20,458 nucleotides of DNA from a virus: positions 1-20,458 of IMG/VR virus record IMGVR_UViG_3300006065_000007; one strand, 5' to 3'. Below are positions 16,943 through 20,458 of the stretch, piece by piece. Positions within the stretch are counted from its first letter, which is position 1, and each line of letters begins with the position of its first letter. A program made the position numbers and the translations under genes. Under the pieces are notes generated by a model. That model was not told the DNA's origin and searched no databases. It worked only from the letters and a program-made list of their open reading frames with translations.

Positions 16943-18346
16943 TTATTTATTTTCTTCTTTTATTATTTGAGGATTTCTTTTTTGTTGTGCTCGTTCATAC
17001 ATTTCTTTTTGTCTATTAGCACGTTTTTTAATTTTATCTTCTTCGTGACCTAATAATGTAGTTTGACTTTCAGTATCTATATCAAGATATTCATTATTAA
17101 ATTTACAATTAGTAAAAATAATACCATCAGGTCCTATTCTAGATTTTAAAATAGTAACCGTTGCTAAATTATGTTCTTTCTGTTCCAATGTTTTACCTAC
17201 AGATATAACAACATGACCTATCTGTGCTTTTTTAATTGACCCCCCCATTTGATCTGTTGTTACTACTTCTGATGATATTGAATCTCTATTACCTTGTGTT
17301 GCTGTCCACAAAGCAATTTCAAATTCAGATGTCATAGCTTCCAAATGTCTCATTATTGAACCCTCACTTTTCCATTCTTCACCTAACATATTACTATTTT
17401 CTTGAACTATACAATCCACATAATCAATTACTAAAAGATCTGGAATAAAACCTTCTGTAGCAAGTTTTCTTAGTTTTGATTTTAAACCTGAAACTGTAAG
17501 TGAATCACTAGGTAATTTAATTAATTTTAAAACACCTTTTGATTCATTTTTTTTCTGTTTTACAATTGTAATTACTTCATCTTTTCTAGTTACTTGGTCA
17601 TCGGGTGATATTCCAGTCCATATTGTATAATGTTTCTTTAAAACATTATTCATATTATCTTCAAAAAATATATGTAATACCTTAAATCCTGAATTAAATG
17701 CACTATTAGCAAATTTGGTTAATATAGTAGTTTTTCCAACCCCTGTAGGTGCTAAGACAACCCCTAATTCACCAATACCAAGACCACCTTTTAAAACTCT
17801 ATCTATACCATTTACACCTGTAGGTATAGGTATTCTGGAATCTTTTTCTAATACACTTTCGATATTTTCAAAAGCATCTCGTACATCATTTGAATCTATT
17901 CCAACTTGTAACGCGTCCTGTATAATTTTTTCTATTTTTGGATATTCTGTAAAATGTCCTTGGTCAATTATTTTTTGTACTACTTTTAATTCTCTTTTTA
18001 ATACTTGTTGTTTACAAAATAATAATGTTGTATTTTTTACCCATTGTACATCGGGTACTTCAAATTTTCTTATATCTTCTAATGTATCTAAATGTACTTT
18101 AAGAGTAGTATTTTTAGAATTTTCGGCCATTACCTTTTCTTTCAAGGTATCATATGAAGGAATTATATTATACAATGTATATAATTCCTTTATATTTTCA
18201 ATAATATATTTAAAGTATGGACTGTCAAAATATTTACTCTCTATAACATCCAAAATTGTTGATGTAAATTTCTTATCTTCAATTAATACCTTAATGAGTT
18301 TTAATTGAAAATCTGATCCTAAATGACCAAAATTTTCTTCTACCAT
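16943..18346 (-). CDS. Replicative DNA helicase, DnaB / T4 gp41-like SF4 (467 aa)
   Basis: IPTG...D.VLKGG, Walker A APTGVGKT, Walker B LLVIDYVD, WTATQGNR, and LKSR.GP arginine-finger region. Confidence 0.92.
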   Translation of the reverse strand: MVEENFGHLGSDFQLKLIKVLIEDKKFTSTILDVIESKYFDSPYFKYIIENIKELYTLYNIIPSYDTLKEKVMAENSKNTTLKVHLDTLEDIRKFEVPDVQWVKNTTLLFCKQQVLKRELKVVQKIIDQGHFTEYPKIEKIIQDALQVGIDSNDVRDAFENIESVLEKDSRIPIPTGVNGIDRVLKGGLGIGELGVVLAPTGVGKTTILTKFANSAFNSGFKVLHIFFEDNMNNVLKKHYTIWTGISPDDQVTRKDEVITIVKQKKNESKGVLKLIKLPSDSLTVSGLKSKLRKLATEGFIPDLLVIDYVDCIVQENSNMLGEEWKSEGSIMRHLEAMTSEFEIALWTATQGNRDSISSEVVTTDQMGGSIKKAQIGHVVISVGKTLEQKEHNLATVTILKSRIGPDGIIFTNCKFNNEYLDIDTESQTTLLGHEEDKIKKRANRQKEMYERAQQKRNPQIIKEENK

Positions 18347-18359
18347 ATTTTATTTTTAA

Positions 18360-18818
18360 TTAAGCTAATTCATAATTTAAGTATTTTGTTTCCACATTTT
18401 TAGTGGATAAAATATCTGTTAAATATCCCAATACGCTTCTTACCATAGGTCTAATATCTACCGAATATCTAGCTTTAGGGTGATAGACATGTGCAGGGAA
18501 TATTCTTTGTATAAATACCTCGTTATCTAGCTTCAATTCCAATAAAAAATGTTCTTTTTTTATTTCTTCTGGTGTTTCTTCAATATTTTCAATTTCGTCT
18601 AAACTATTAAAATAATTAAGATCTTCATACATAAATTCATATGATTTTCTTTTTAAATTATCAGAAATATCATCACAAATATCTCTTATTCCAAAATATA
18701 AATCTAATGATTTCTTAGCATTTGGATTGAAATTTGGAACACTAAAAAATCTTTGAATAATGAAATTTCCTTCTAAAGTTAAAAGGAATTCTACTTTTGT
18801 AACTTCTTGATTTGTCAT
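18360..18818 (-). CDS. Hypothetical protein (152 aa)
   Basis: ATG-started ORF filling the gap between the exonuclease and helicase genes (4-nt and 13-nt spacers). No recognised motif. Confidence 0.8.
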   Translation of the reverse strand: MTNQEVTKVEFLLTLEGNFIIQRFFSVPNFNPNAKKSLDLYFGIRDICDDISDNLKRKSYEFMYEDLNYFNSLDEIENIEETPEEIKKEHFLLELKLDNEVFIQRIFPAHVYHPKARYSVDIRPMVRSVLGYLTDILSTKNVETKYLNYELA

Positions 18819-18822
18819 ATTA

Positions 18823-19830
18823 TTATCGTTTTAAAAAATTTTTATTTTTTTCTTTTCTTGTTAATTTTAAAAATGGTGTTAAAAATTTTAACCATGCATC
18901 GTCTGTTTTAGGTAATAATGTGAAAATACCATCTTCTACCATCATTTTCATTGTATTTTTATATGATCTACCTTCCTTATCTAAACTTTCATGTATTAAT
19001 CTTAAAATTTCCATTTTTGCTTCATTATGTAAAAATGGTTCTTTTAGTTCAACTATTTTCGAATTTATATAAAAAAATTCATCACCTAAAACCCCCATTT
19101 TTGTTACTCCAGTTAAAATATTTTTAATTGTATTATTATTTTTATCACTTTCAAATAATAAATTAACTCTACCTTTAACATCGTCTAAGGTTAAAACCTC
19201 ATTTTTTAATTCAGGGATAAGATTAATTAGTTTTTTAATCCCCAAATTTTTAATACCATAGATATTATCTGATGGGTCTCCACATAACATTTTAATTAAT
19301 TTAACGTTATCTATTAAAATATTCTCGTGATCATATTCAATTGTATCACCTTTTTTATATAATATGTGATGTGAAGGGTTATAAAATTTTGTGTTATCAT
19401 CTAATAATTGTGTTAAATCTCTATCAGATGAAAATATAATTTTTTTCTCATGTGGAGTGTTTTGTACATAAAAAGCTATACAATCATCACTTTCACAATC
19501 ATCAAATTCTGTTTGTCTAACATAAATTTCTTCTAAATACTGTTTAACTCTATTCTTTTGGTAGTTGTATGCGCTGATTTCTTCTTCATTTCTGACTTTT
19601 TTACCAGTTTTGTCTTTATATTGATGATAAATTTGTTTTCTTTGTATAGATGAATTTTTTCCATCCCAAAACACACAAATCTTTTCGATATTATGTATTT
19701 CAAACATTCGTCTAAGTGTGTTTAAAAAATGAAAAATTCCCCCAATATGTTTTCCTTTATAAAAATGGTTTTTTAAACCATAAAAACCTATAGTTAATAA
19801 GTTGTCACCATCTACAACTAAAGTATTCAT
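18823..19830 (-). CDS. 5'-3' exonuclease / flap endonuclease (PolI N-terminal, T4 RNase H, T5 D15 family; 335 aa)
   Basis: Acidic motifs VVDGDN, VFWDG, ESDDCIA, SSDRDLTQL and the H3TH motif GDPSDNIYGIKNLGIK. Confidence 0.93.
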   Translation of the reverse strand: MNTLVVDGDNLLTIGFYGLKNHFYKGKHIGGIFHFLNTLRRMFEIHNIEKICVFWDGKNSSIQRKQIYHQYKDKTGKKVRNEEEISAYNYQKNRVKQYLEEIYVRQTEFDDCESDDCIAFYVQNTPHEKKIIFSSDRDLTQLLDDNTKFYNPSHHILYKKGDTIEYDHENILIDNVKLIKMLCGDPSDNIYGIKNLGIKKLINLIPELKNEVLTLDDVKGRVNLLFESDKNNNTIKNILTGVTKMGVLGDEFFYINSKIVELKEPFLHNEAKMEILRLIHESLDKEGRSYKNTMKMMVEDGIFTLLPKTDDAWLKFLTPFLKLTRKEKNKNFLKR

Positions 19831-19867
19831 TATTTGTTTTATTTTATGTTAAAGTTTCAGTATAAAG

Positions 19868-19875
19868 TATAAATA
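19868..19875 (-). promoter_or_regulatory. TATTTATA motif upstream of the exonuclease gene
   Basis: Fourth intergenic copy, 37 nt before ATG 19830, in a very AT-rich spacer, so it may be a chance match. Confidence 0.3.
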
Positions 19876-19894
19876 AAAATTTTAACGAAAAAAA

Positions 19895-20458
19895 TTATTC
19901 TTCATTTTCTTCTTCATTTTCATAATCAACTAAAATAATATCGTCATTATTACCCAATTTTTCATTCCAAAAAGATGAATAGTTTTTCTTATATAATTCC
20001 AATGATTCTTTAGTATCATCAATAAAACCGTTATGTACAGCTATTACTTTTCCGTCTTTATATCCTAAACCATTGATATGATTTTTTAAAATAGATATTT
20101 TAGTTCTAATACCATAAGATACTGTTCTACCGTTTTTAGTTGCTGTTATATGATTAATACCGGCTTTTTTCTGGTTTCCAAATAAGAAAACCAATGATGA
20201 TGCTAACCATATGGCTTCACCACCTTTTGCTTTAATTTCAGGTTGTCCAAATGGATTATCAGGTATATCTACCCATGGCTGATTAACCACTACCAAAGTA
20301 TTATAATATGGATATTCTTCTTGTTTTGATTTGGAAATTCTAGAATGTAATCCCATACCTATTTTATCTGCCAATACACTTGCATTGTGTTGTTTTCCAC
20401 CTTTTCCATCAAAGGTCATTTTACATGGTATTGAACCAATAGAATCCCATAAAAACAA
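19895..20458 (-). CDS. RecA/UvsX-like recombinase, C-terminal part (5' end outside window)
   Basis: Walker B FLWDSIGS, LVVVNQ, KGGEAIWLASS (compare RecA GG.ALKFYAS) and ILKNH. Acidic C-terminal tail. Confidence 0.85.
   Translation of the reverse strand: MFLWDSIGSIPCKMTFDGKGGKQHNASVLADKIGMGLHSRISKSKQEEYPYYNTLVVVNQPWVDIPDNPFGQPEIKAKGGEAIWLASSLVFLFGNQKKAGINHITATKNGRTVSYGIRTKISILKNHINGLGYKDGKVIAVHNGFIDDTKESLELYKKNYSSFWNEKLGNNDDIILVDYENEEENEE

Noticed and set aside
1548-19072. Plus-strand ORFs in the track (1548, 2433, 11530, 12137, 12756, 13986, 15656, 17715, 18812)
   Set aside because: All lie antisense to long minus-strand genes and have the Ser/Ile/Phe/Leu-rich composition of shadow frames.
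15064-20458. Inteins, introns or homing endonucleases in NrdJ, helicase or recombinase
   Set aside because: The proteins are of normal or compact length with contiguous motifs, and no splice-junction, LAGLIDADG or HNH signatures were seen.

Overview
AT-rich fragment (roughly one quarter G+C by eye) of a large T4-like or jumbo myovirus genome, probably infecting Bacteroidota. All real genes are on the minus strand. In transcription order (right to left), the replication and nucleotide block comes first: partial UvsX/RecA, 5'-3' exonuclease (FEN/T4 RNase H family), a 152-aa hypothetical, a DnaB/gp41-like helicase and a class II B12-dependent ribonucleotide reductase. An intrinsic terminator follows, then a baseplate block: gp25, gp6/J-like wedge protein, five uncharacterised proteins (one with a PKD domain), and a >=1428-aa gpI/gp7-like protein that the ORF track missed because it runs off the left edge. 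The most unusual signal is a short peptide motif, hydrophobic-[S/T]-G-x-T. I counted it 30 times in five putative virion proteins and once in the other eight proteins, which could indicate a modification or docking sequon. Other notable features are a sense-strand TATTTATA motif just upstream of several starts, a Cys-rich region and Pro/Thr linker in the giant protein, and a perfect 40-bp inverted copy at the window edge (probably a chimera artefact). All calls are from motif recognition and manual counting; no searches were run.
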